Positions 43,030 to 55,469 of a DNA stretch of 64,000 nucleotides are shown piece by piece. A program made the position numbers and the translations under genes. Within the stretch, counting starts at the first letter, position 1; every line of letters starts with the position of its first letter. The DNA comes from Oikopleura dioica (lineage: Eukaryota > Animalia > Chordata): positions 7,378,001 to 7,442,000 of the forward strand of contig OU015567.1 of assembly GCA_907165135.1 (NCBI GenBank), given 5' to 3'. A model generated the notes under the pieces. That model was not told the origin of the DNA. It worked only from the letters and a program-made list of their open reading frames with translations, and made no database searches.

Positions 43030-45579
43030 GAAAATTCTCACATGATTCGTACTGTATCTTTTGTAACTGAAAATAAATGAAAGTCAAGAAACTGGAAGAT
43101 CGTCTGACAGTACGAACAGAAGTGACTGAATAAATTCCATTCTTCTGGGCGCCAAGACTGGATAAACCGCTGATACTTCCTTTTTAGACAAAGCCTGTAT
43201 TGTCCCGCCAGACTTTACAACTGGTCAATTTCCAACTAAACTAAAACCCAGAATGAGAAATTGATATCTTCCTCGCTCTTTCCGGGGTTTTTTCAAAACA
43301 GATGTTCCCACAAATTTTCACAGTTTTTCCAGCTTTTTTAAAATGCGATTAGCCGCACTAGCTGCCACAAGTTGAGCCTAAGCCGCGAGTTGCCGTAGTT
43401 ACTCGACTAGAGATAATCTTCAATTTCCAGGTTTTCTTTTTTGGAGGCAAGAAAAAAGGTATAAACAAAATTGAAAAATTGGCGGAAGGAAAGTTTCTGA
43501 CAGTGCCAAAAATTGAGATTCTGTTAGGAAGAGTTTACACTCGGCCTGTCAAAGATAAACCCGGCCATGTCATGTCAAATTGCGATGTCAGTCTCCTTCG
43601 ATTTGTGATGTTGCGAATGTTAAAATTTCAACAAATTTTGCGGAAAAATTTTGACCAAAGTTTTTTTTCATAAAAAAAAGAAAAAGAGAAAAATGCGAAA
43701 CGATTTTAAAAATTGAGCTGTTGAAATTTTGAGAAATTTCTATCGATCACGTGAGTGTCAAGTTCTAGCGCGGCTTTCTTTTAAGGTGCGTATTTGGCGC
43801 TAAATTCCTTGTCACTTGAAGTACCTTGCGGTTTTCCCCACTACAATAGCGGCTCTAATTCGTCATTTTTCTGTCACCAGATCTATCACACTGCACGGGC
43901 CATAAAAACAGAAACTCCGTTTTTTCGGTTTTCCTCTTTTTCCGGCGCCTTCTTTTATCTAGCACTTTATTACTTTTTAATCGACGAATAAATTCCTTTT
44001 CTTTAACCCAAAATCGTCCTGAACCATTTTTCTGGTCGCGCGCTTTTTGGGTGGTCGAGAACTTGATTCAGAAAGTAATAAATAAAGTTCAAAAAGAGAC
44101 ACTATTTATAGAAAAGCGCTAACGTTAAAAATGTATCGATTCATTTAGTTAATGATTCAAGTTCGGCTTGTTTTCAATTAATGATCATCACGTCCGAGAA
44201 TCAATCATTTTGTCAAGATCAATCTTTGTATTCGCGCATAATTGAGATTAATTTAACAATTTTTTTTTTGAAAAACTTTGGTGATTTTGAATCTTTCAGA
44301 GATTTTTCTGACCGTTTCAAAAAAAGTTTTTTTTTATAAAATTATTCTCGCTTTAGTAAACCCTAACCCTAACCCCAACTCTAACAACTGCAGTATTTTG
44401 AGATTTGTAGGAATTGAGACGTGTTCTCAATTTTGTCTGGCAATCAGTTGATTAGTCTAAGACAAAACTGATAAACTCAGCTAATTTCGCCTTGTTGCAT
44501 TTCCCCCAGGTCAGTTCTGAACAAATTCATTAAAATAAGCAGTATTTGAATTAATCAAAAAAGCCCGGCAACATAAATTCTCAGAGAAGAGGTGCAGTAA
44601 AAACCCAGTGTTGAGGAATGAGCATCAAACCCTGCCTTCGACCTTGAACCTCAGCTGGGCGGTGCTAGATTAATTACGCCGTGCGGCCGCTAGAAGTGCC
44701 ACACTCTCGTTTTCTTCATGTTTTTTTGGGAAGTAAAAAGGTTTTATTTTTAGAGAATTCCCGGAAATCCGATTTTTTCCAAAGAAAAACCCACTATTTC
44801 TAAAAAAACCTAAATGATAGAATTTTTTTTTCTTTTCTTTTATGTCATTTATCATATAAAAATAAGGGTATCAAAACCTAACCCTAAAATTGAAGTCTTG
44901 AATAAAAAATTGAGCGTTTTTTAATGATAATTTATTATTTAAATAAAATAAAACAAATTTCTTCAATAAAAAAGCTCAATAAAACGATCTCGTAATCATT
45001 TTTCCCTCAATTAAATTCGCTTAACAATTAACTTTGCCATGAACTCAGATCAATGTTTTGGATGCCTTTGCATTGTAAAAACATTATTGTCGTTAAATTT
45101 TAACCTTTAGACTCTGTCAGAGATTAGAACGGATTCGCGAGATTCATTTCTTTTTTCTGATTCTAATTTCTACCAAACGAGCTGCGAAAAAATGAAGGAA
45201 AGAAAGCAAATTAATTTTTTGGAAGATTTGTGGGAAGAGAGAAAATAGAGAGGGAAAGAACGACGGGATTATCCAGTGTTCAAGTTGCCAAAATAAATGA
45301 TTCGTTTCGGGCGGGAAAGGGACGGGCATCCGGAGCCGGAGTTTTTGGCCTTCGATTTTTTGAAGTTTTTGAATTTTTTTTTTAATTTTTTTGTTATAAA
45401 ATTTCACCCCATTTCTCTCCCCTGTTTCCTCAGGCTGCGTGCCAAGAAAAATGACAAGTTCCAAATGATGCGCCGCCAGATCAAAGAGAAAACAACTGAA
45501 GATGCATCAATTTTTTTTCGTTCAAATTTGAGATTTCGCCTTTTAGAATGAGAGAAAAAAATTGAGCAAAAACAAGAAA

Positions 45580-48082
45580 ATGTGGAGAAAAGGGACGATA
45601 CTTTGGCTGCTCTTTCTCCAGGTAAGATTTTTTTTGTTAAAAGTTAACATCATTAAAACAGCGAAAAAAATGACAATTCTGACAAGTGGTTGTTTAACTG
45701 GTCACGTGCCAAAAGTACACCCGTTTAATGTTTTTTGATCAAGCCGTAAATTAACTCTACGACGTGACTTGCTTTGATAAGCGGAAAACACGCTCCATAG
45801 AGGCTTAAAATAGTTAATAGTGAGAAAATATTGCCAGATCAAACAACTAAACAACAACATTAAACATTTCTGCTGAGACTTAATAATCAAGGCTGCTTCA
45901 AGTTGTCATATGAAAGTCAAGCCCCAAAATCAGCTTTCAAATCTGCCGGTAGCGACGCATTAAGGGTGTCAACATCGATATTGAAGTTTGATCAACACTT
46001 CTTCTTTCTTTTTTCACTTCAGAAAAAAAAGAAGAAAGTGTCTAAGCGGCAAAATAGTTAAGAGCTTCCGGCCATGAAGATCGGGTTCACACTTTGCCCG
46101 ACAAAAGGTGATTTAGCGCCAGTTAAAAAGCTTCCGTTCCCCCCTCCGTTTGACATAAAAATCGCGAATTCGCAAGAAGTTACTTCGGTACTCATTTTCA
46201 ATTAGCATTTCAGCTCGCTGCTGCGCGGAGAAGAGAGCCAAGTCCAACTCGCTGGGTCTCGAGCCACATTCGTCGACAGTTCAAAAAGCTGGAGAGGCGA
46301 CTCGACGAGTCTGACCTCAAGTTTGAGCAGCAAATGGCGCAGAAAGACAGCGAAATCAAATTGCTCAAGGATTCGCTTGACAAACTCGTTCAAAGCTCAA
46401 AAGTCCAGGTTCTCTCATCCTCTCTCTTTTCCCCTCTTCACTTCTTTTAGGACGAAACAATTAGTATATTCACAATTCGATTATCTGATGCTTCCGATAC
46501 AATCACAAACCAGGACTTGGAAATTCTATCCTTGAAGAACAGACTCGTCCAATTAGAAAACTATTACAACTTCGACCTGACAACTTTTGCCTCCAGTTCT
46601 GCTTCGAATTCAGCAGCTTCGGCAAATGATGTCGCTAGATTAGAAGAATTGATCGAGAACAAGGAGAAATCCTTTGTCAAAACTATCTTAGGAAAGAGAT
46701 TCAACGAGAACTTTGATGAGAAAATATCTTAATGCTTATTTATTACGTCTAAATCTTTTCTCAGAATTATACTCCGACCTGGGACGCCATTCTGACCAGC
46801 TTGCCTTCCCAGTTGACCGAAGCAGACTGCCGAGAATTGCCCTGAAGTCAAGGAGGAAATCGCTGATTTCAGAGACCGATGTCAGTAGCAGTTCCGATGC
46901 GAGAATTCTCCTCATCGGTGGCATTTCAAAGTACGAGGACGAAATTCACACACCTTTTGAAACCCGTCGAAAAAGCTCGTTCATCAGAAGAGATTATGTG
47001 TTTTCTATGGATCCGCTTATAAACTCGACGGTTATGACTCATTCCTTACCAGAAGCGAGGTAAAAATTTTGAAAAAAAGGGCTGATTTTAGGCGGTTTTC
47101 AGAGCTTATCATTGCAGCGTTCTACTAGAAAATCGAGTCTACGTCCTGGGCGGGGAAGGGATCGACAAAAAGATACTGAACTCAATGCTGGTCCTGACAG
47201 ACTGGGGATGGGACAGAGCCAAAGAAATGAATCTTGAGAGAAAGCGCCTTTCTTGCGCCGTGTTTCGCGAGCGCATTTGGGCTTGTGGCGGCACAATGAC
47301 GTACCACCGGAGGAAGGAAGCTACCTCCAGCCGCACATCTGCCATTACAATTCCTCATAAAACTTGCGAAAGCTATCACCCACAGGTTTTGCTTCTTGGC
47401 CCTCTTTCCAGACATCTTTTTAGAGTCAATAAATTTTTTTACTTCAGGACGGTTGGCGGGAAGAAGCTTCGATGCGGCAAGGGAGGCAGTGTGCTACTGC
47501 TTCTGTCACTTCTCATGGTTAGTTCAATATCTAATTGTCTTATCAATACTGTAAGGTCTGTACATAATTGGCGGAGGAGACGAGTTGCACAGTGAAGATC
47601 CTGAAAGTGTTGACATGATCGAGACTTTTTCGGACAATTTCGTCCGAGGACCCGAGCCCCTTCAAATGAGACAATCAGTTGGGTCTGCTTCTGTTTCCGT
47701 TTACGACAGTATATTTTTGCTCGGTGGTTGGTCTCAAATAACGAAACAGTATCTCTACGATGTTCTGGTTTTATATCCACATAATAAAGATCAATGGAAG
47801 AAGATTGGGGTGCTTCAGAGCAAACACTACGGCTTCGGGTATTTTTTCAGTGAAATCAAGGAAGAGAATCACTTTTTCAGTGCTGTTTTCCATGGAGGTC
47901 TGATCTACGTTCTTGGCGGACGGGACGAAGGAACATCTGATGAAGTGTTTCCCGTCTCGATCGAGCTTCTTTCCGCAGAAGAGCCACTGATAAAAACTTC
48001 TGCAATTGAAATTTCTCATCCGACAGGTTCAGACCGTTCCTTCCAAGTCAAATACCACTCTGTCACTGCATTCATCCCTTGA
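45580..48082 (+). CDS. Signal peptide + coiled coil + Kelch beta-propeller protein
   Basis: MWRKGTILWLLFLQ|LAAA signal peptide, heptad coiled coil, Kelch repeats LLIGG, VYVLGG, IWACGG, LYIIGG, IFLLGG, IYVLGG. Confidence 0.8.
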
Positions 48083-48383
48083 TAAACAACTCAAAAGTCA
48101 TCGGACTAAAACTACTTATAAATGCCAAAGAAAACTTCGTTACCTTTCCGGTAAGAATAGATTCAAAAGAAGAAATTCTTATTCATCATAAAATTTTCAG
48201 AAAAGCGAAAAACACAACTCTTCAAAGAAAACGAAACGACTAGAATTGAGTTTCACAAATATCAAAATTTGAACCGTCTTGCCTTTTGTCCACTGTACGT
48301 AATAAAATATGTTAATAAATATTTAAAGAGGACTACACAAAGAATATAAAAATATATTTATTCGAAATAATAAAATACAAAAA

Positions 48384-51300
48384 TTAATGATCTCCGGCAT
48401 GATCAGCAGCGTAGGAAGGATGTGGAAGGAGGTGGCCTCCTTTTCGAGTGAGGCGGATGATCTCGTCCTTGAGCAGGTTGATTTCGTTCTCTTGCTCTTG
48501 GATGATTTCGCGAGTTTCACGTCGGTAAGCTTCGTCCCTAATTCGCTGCTCGTCCAAATGTTGTGGTCGAGTATCTTAAAAAGGTTGGAGGGTGATTGGA
48601 AGAGGAAATTTACCGGAAGTAGCAATGTCCAGGTCAAATTTAAGCTTGTAATCTTCGCCTTTCATCATTGTTATTTGAGCAATTCGATCTGTGTTCTCCT
48701 TGACATGAACGGCGAGTTCTTCCCGGAGCGCTAGAATCTTCTTGTCCATTTCCAGTTCCTCTCGGGCCAGGTTGATTTCATTCTGTTGGTTCACTCGCTG
48801 GCCTGAAAAGGAAATAAAAATCAGAAACTCTCAATCATGTCACCTTCTTCAACTGCTCTGGGAACAGTAACCATGGCCAAGGAGTCGATATCGACAATTC
48901 GACCAAACTTGAGCATCATCGCTTGATTGCACTTTTCGTCCAGAGCTTTGACCTGATTGACGATGTCCTTGTTTCCCTTGACCAAATGGACGTGTTGTTG
49001 CTTCGCTTTTCGGTACTTGAGCTTTTCGTTTTCTTTCTCGCCCATAAGTTCTTCAATTCGGGTTGACAACCGGTTCATTTTTTCGGACGGAACCACGAGT
49101 CCTTGTTTCACAGGGAACTTTTCAAAGTCTTGTTCTATCAAAATCTGGGACATTTCCAGCGGCACTACGACCCACAATTCGTTGAGTTTTCCTTGCTTTT
49201 CCTGTTGGAAAGCGTCTAAATCTTCCATGGACGACTTTAGCTGGTTGTTGAAAAGCTTGATTTTCTTGGACAGGGCGTCGTGTTCTTTTCGCAAACTCTC
49301 TGAAGCTTTTTTCGCGTCTTGATGATCATCTTCAATCGCGCATCGATGTGCTCGGAGGAGAATCGTCTTGTCAAACTGCTCCTGATCGCAGTTTGCCGGG
49401 CAGACGGTGTCATCGAAAGGTTCCGCGTCAGAGTCCTCGTCGGAGTAGTCCTCGTCATCGTCGTCCGAATCAGAGTCCGAGTCGCTTCCAGAGCCGTCGT
49501 TGTTGCTCTGGGTCGCACGCTTGATTTTCTTTTTGTAAACTTTTGTCAAGTAGTTTTCGAACTTGTTGTTTTCGCCGATCAGTCGCTGGAAATCCGAAAG
49601 GCAGTCCTTTTCCTTCGCAGCGAGTTTTTCAACCTCTTTCCGCTTCGAATCAAGGCGAGCTTTGACTTGAGAAGCGCGGGCCGAGGCCTCGTCGATTTCT
49701 GCTTCTTTCTTTTCTACTCGCTCGAGGATGGCATTTTCTCGCTTTTCAAAGTCCTTGAGGAGGATCAGCTCTTGATGAAGAGTGTCTAATCGGAGCTCAG
49801 CCAGGACCAGATCCTCGTCAAGACGAGCTTTGAACACGTAGAGCGTTCGGACATCCTTGTCAAAGTTTGAAATTCGCTTTGCTGCTTTTTCTAGAGCCTG
49901 GTCGCGTTCAAATCGACTGATGACGATCTTTCTCGTGAGTTCTGCTTGTTCAAACTCCGTGAGAGCTTTTGCTTCGCCGGATCCTCGGCCGGAGCGATCA
50001 ATAAGCTGAGTTTTCGAAGAGACTCCGATTGATTGAGCTAGAGCTTGAGCTGAGCGCGCTCGCCCGAGACCAGTGTCGCTTGGGCTCGAAAATTTATTGG
50101 CAGAAGCACGATTTGGTAGCTGAAATTTGTGCTCGTTCGTTTCTTCCGGCCTTATTTCTGGAATCGCTGGTGGAATTTTGTGCTCTTCTTCTGGCAGAAT
50201 CGCTTCGAGTTCTTTCACTTTTTCGCACAATTTGAGCAGATCCTTTCGAATTGCGATTTTTTCATCTCGACCAGCGCGGACCTTTTTGTTGAATGTTTCT
50301 TTGCGTCTAAAGATTTCTTGGGAAAGGAGGGCGATCTGTCGCTTTTTCTGATTCGTATTGCTGCGCAAATGGTCGGGGACGATGTAGTCTTTCGACGTTT
50401 TCAGGTGGAAGTAGCCCAAAGTCTTCTTCGCGATACGAATCTCTTCCTCATCTTTGGGATTGATTCGATTATCGTCGGGTTTTTGCTTCATCAGCTCTTC
50501 CCACTCGCGCTTTCGCTTTTCTTTTCTTGCTTTCTTTTCTTCCGCTTTTCGCTGAGCACGAGACGCATCAGCTGGCAACTCGTCGATCGCCGTTTCCGAA
50601 ATTTTTGCAGAAGACATTGATTGAGTCTCTTCTATGTTTCCACGACCACCGCCCCTGGAATTGCCGCGAGAGCTGTTTTCCCGAACGTTTTTCTCTGCTG
50701 TTACTGATCGTTCTAGCGCTTCTTTCAATTCTTCAGGAAGAGATCGCAGCTCGTAGGATTTGACTGAATCTGACGATTGAATAGCATGAAGCGTGATTGG
50801 ATCTTCCATTATGTCTCCTCTGAATCGTTTGAAGACCTTTTCGTATCGCAATTTCGCCTTCGCCAAATCCCACTGATTCTGGCGTTGAATCAGGTCCAGC
50901 TTGTCTGCCAGAGCTTGTTCGGCTTCCGCAGTGAGCTTTTGATTGATTTCGAAGTCTTTCTTTAGCAGCTGACATGCTTCGGGCAATTGCGCATTTTTAT
51001 CCTTTAGCTTGTCGAATTTTTCAATTAGGCTTTCAATTTGCTTTCTCTTTTTGATCTTGAGCAGGTTTGCTTCTTTGACTCGACGGTCGTATTCTGATTT
51101 CTGTTTTGCTTCTTCTAGTGAGTAACTTCCTTTGACTTCATCTCCAACTGGAAGATCGTCGAGAGCGATTTCCACTGGAGGGCGCAGTTCAATTTCGTCA
51201 ACGGGAGTCACTCCGTAGGCAAAGACATTGCCGTCGAGTCCTGCTGAGATCATCCATTTCTGGTCAGAGGTGAGAATAATTTTTGAAAGACTTCCAAGCT

Positions 51301-54300
51301 GACAGTCGTGCATTGCGATTGTGTGATGGCTCTCGAAACCGTTTTCCAAATCGGCTTCAGAGTAGTGCTCCTTTTCTGTTTGATAAATTCGTACTTTGCC
51401 GTCCAAGGAACCGGCGTAGATGCGGTTTTTGCCTTCCGACCAAGATGTCACGTGGAAATCCTCATCGAGCATGAATGCGTCTTCGGGATCGACAGGCTCC
51501 GGCATTTCTTCAAATTCACTGAGTTTACATTTGTAAACTAAGCCATGATCGTAGCCGGCCATTTGGCACAGAACATAGCCTTCTTCATCCGCTGGTTTAG
51601 CCCAAATAACTTCTCCGACTGTTTCTGGGACGAAGAAATATTCTTCGAGCTCTTCAAATTCCATCGAATTTACCGGCTCGTAGATGTTCTTGATCTCATC
51701 ATCTTTCACCTGGTCGCCCATATCCGCAGCTTTCTTCTGCGCGGCCTTGAGTTTTTCGTCGCAGGATTTCTTGAGCTTGGCAAGTTTGTCGTCGAACTTT
51801 GCTTTTGCTCTTGCTCGCGCTCGCTTGCCCTTACAGCTCTGGAATTGATAGCCGACGATGTTGACGTTGGAAATGGAGAAGGAAACAGAAGTGTCGATCG
51901 AGCTGATTTCCGGCAAGGTCACTTGGAAAATCGCGCCAGTCTTGCTCCAGCAGAGAAGGACTGAGTCATTAACCCAGGTAAAATCCTTGATCATTGATCC
52001 GAGGGAAACGAAACCGACAGCTTCCATGGTGTTGTCCTTCAAACTGAAGATGAATACAGTTCCATCGTCAGAAGATGATCCAATAAGCTTGCCATTAGGG
52101 CTTGAGTGAATTGAATTCACGGTTTTTCCATGCGGTCGGATCGCCTGGCGCAGGAGCAGGGAGTGATTCGACTTCATTTTACCATAAGAGAGGTTTCGAA
52201 CTGTGCCATCTTCGAAGCCGACAACGATGGTGGTGTCATTTGGCCAGCAGACTGACGTACCCTTGACCGGGAATTTCATCGCGGCGAGAGCGGAAGAAGA
52301 GGGAATGTCGATGATCCGGACTTGTCGATCGCCAGTGGATACGTAAATGCAAGCTGTAGGGTGCGCGCACATGTCGACGACATTTCCACCGTGGAATTGA
52401 TCCAGAATCTTTGGCGGCTTAGTTGTGTGGCTGAAAGAAAGGTCGAGTTCCCAAATTGCGCCATTTTGATCTTGCGCGAACCAGACTGAATCGTCTTCGG
52501 AAGACATGATCATCGAGGAAAAGGCAGCGTCGGGCACTTTCAGGCAGTTCATCGGATCGAGCTCGAACGTCATTGATGTCTCGGTAGTGTCGGCTTGGTC
52601 GATCGTGTCAATGTCCCAGACGCAGATGGCGCCGTCGACTCCGATGGTGAGCAGTTCGCCTTCGAGGATGAACATTTGCTTGATCGAACCATCGTGGCAG
52701 CTCTTTCCGCCCTTTCTGGTGATTTCGACTTTGATTAATCCGCCGTCCCAGACGAGCAAGTTGCCCCACTCGCAGCCGGAAATAACTTTTCCGTCCGGGA
52801 GCTGGACGAAGGCGTCAATGTCCGAAACGGATGTTCGTCCGAATCGCCCCAAAGCGCCCTGAAGTTTCAAACCAGTAAAGGTCTCGGCCATGTTCCAGAA
52901 TCGAATGTGACCGATGCCGCACGACGTGAGTTGTCCATCGATGTCGGGGCTGAAGGAAGCTTGGAAGACGTCGAGAGAGTAGGCTTTTGAGCGAAGAACG
53001 ATACTCTGGGTCTTCCAGTTCCAAAGAGTGAGGAGATAGTCGGGCGTTGAACTGACGGAAGCAAGGAGAGAGCCATCATGGTTGAATTCAACGTGGGAGA
53101 AGCCTTTTTCAGCACCGCCACGGAGGACATAGACGACTTCCATTTCAGGGTAGGAGTAGATTAGGATTTCGGGCTTGTCTCCTTTGCCTCCCACAGCGAA
53201 GAATTTCTTTGATGGGTGGATGCAGACCGAACCTAAAAATTTAGTTCGTTTTCGTTTTATCAAATAATTTATCTCGAATAGCTGCACAGCTGATATTGTC
53301 AGCTGTTGATTTCTTTAAAAATCAGTTTCGCGTGCTCTAGTTCACGAAATTTAAAATGTCACGAGATATATTACGCCATTACAAGAAAATTGAGTATGGT
53401 CAAAATTTGTTTCTTACCTATTGATCCAGCCGGCGAACGAAGAACCGTCTTTTCGTCTGTCTGTACGTTGTGAAATAAGAGCAAGTTTCCGGCAGAATGA
53501 AGAAGAACCTGTCCACTGTGTGTCTCCTCATCGCTCGGGAATAAATGAAGATTGAGCCTATTTGAGTTATTGATCAATTTTAAAATATTCTTGCATACCG
53601 TTTAGCACTGTCGTAACCAAAGGAGTCGAAATAATTGAAGAGCCTTCCACTTAGGTTCTTTGACAGGACATCTTGGTCACTCATATCCGGCACTAGAATT
53701 TCTTATCAGAGAGAATTTAAAAGCGAAGCGCGTGAATAAAAATTGGGGTTAGTGAAAAACTCTAATTTTTGTTAAAAATCACCTTTCCGACTACCTTTGG
53801 CGACAAAACTAACGAAAACTAGCAAAACACCAAAAACAACTCATCCCTTCTAGAGACGTTCTAGAGAAAATCGAATTAATACCGAGAGTGGTTTTTGCCT
53901 CCTCGACCTTTTTTCTTGGCAGTTCAACTTTAACCGGTTCTGGTGGGGGAATTTCCGGCTCTGGAGAGTAAATTTCTTCATTTTCAGAAAAGGTTAAACT
54001 TTCGTCATCAGAAATGCCCTCTGGAAGGCCAGAAATCTTGTTCATTTTCTCGTTTTCAACAATTTCTCGTGCATTTTTGATCAAATGTTCAGTCAGATTT
54101 TCAGCGCTCTTTTGATAATCTTCAGCAAGAACGATTTCAGTAGCAGTGTCAATTATAAACTCCGTAAATTGCTTTGCAAATTCCGGGAATAATGCAGAAT
54201 CGGTGGAATCAACGAAATCACCGGACCCTTGAGAGTTCTCGCTGATAAAAGAGACTTTTGACTTGTGCTTCAAAAGACCCGGCGAGACTGATCGAAGATT

Positions 54301-55073
54301 TTTTGGATGGACGCTGAAATCAGAATCGCGTCTTAGTCTTGAAAACTTGCCGACAACTTCGATTTCTTCCTCCTCTTCTTCAGGCTCCGGGGTTGGTTCT
54401 TTCGGCTCTGGAGTCGGCTCTTTTGGTTCGGGAGCGATTTCTGCAAGATTGACAATCTCTGGTTCTTCCTCGGGAGCTTTTGTGTCTTCTGCGAATTGGA
54501 CAAAACGGTCCCCGTTGTCTTCCAAGTCGGGAAAGTGAGTGAGCTCCTCCATCTCTTCTTGAGGGCTCTTGACTTTTTGAAAATTAGCAAAAAGGCTTTC
54601 TTGTCAAAAAATGCTCATTTATGCTAACTCATTCCTTGATCTGACTCTTCCATGTCTTCAAAATCGTCTTCGAAAACGTCGTCTTCCTCGTCTTCTTCTA
54701 TTTCTTCTTCGATGATCTCTTCAAAAACTGCTTCAGAAACTTCTCCTTGCTTCTCTTTCTGTTTGCGATCAAATTCTTTTAGATCATCAGCTATAAAAAA
54801 GCCGTGTTATTGGAATATTCTATCAATAGCTTCTGTTTTGTAGCTCATAGCTTGCACAGTTTTTTCGCCATAGAAACGGCTGAACGAGGAGGTCCAAGTT
54901 CTATTTTTTCAACAATAGGGCCAGAATAATACATTCGATTATTTTCAGATTTTGGAGTGGGTGCGACATCGCTACCCTTTTTGATCATTTTCTTTTGCTT
55001 TTACCAAGACTGGCAATTCGACTTTTTCGCCGATCAGGGACCCAAGTTGGATCATTAAGGTGACGCCTCGCAT
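48384..55073 (-). CDS. CFAP44: Cilia- and flagella-associated protein 44 (WDR52)
   Basis: Acidic N-terminus, DSFGYDSAKR, HSAGNLL, WD repeats (SGCEWGNLLVWDGGLIKVEI), long coiled coils, end TRKGGHLLP. The 5' exons (>54650) and start are uncertain. Confidence 0.92.
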
Positions 55074-55469
55074 ATTGGCGCCTAGCCTCGCGCTTCAGGA
55101 GCAAGAAACAGTCCTTTAGCGACTTTGGCTTTTTATGAAATCCTTTTCAGAAGAAAATTTTTTATGTTGAGCTTTTAAAAGATCGTACCTTGATTATCTT
55201 CGCTCATAAATTTCTCGATACTGAACTAGAAACTCACAAGTCAAACATGAGCGCAGTATCCATTTTTGTAACCAAGTAACAAAGCAAACATGGTTCATTT
55301 TCATTGTTTTCATCAATATGCAATAAATCAAAAGTTCAATCGAGAGGCAATTATTTATTCTGTTTTTATTAAATCAGGATGTTTTAAAAAGAGGCTGTGG
55401 ATTTTGAGGTCACGTTGATAAAAATGAGTATTTGAACGAAAGGGTTTAGTTAGGCTTTTTATAATAATA

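Noticed and set aside
48957-53130. Many short ORFs overlapping CFAP44
   Set aside because: Antisense or alternative-frame shadows of the long coding exon.
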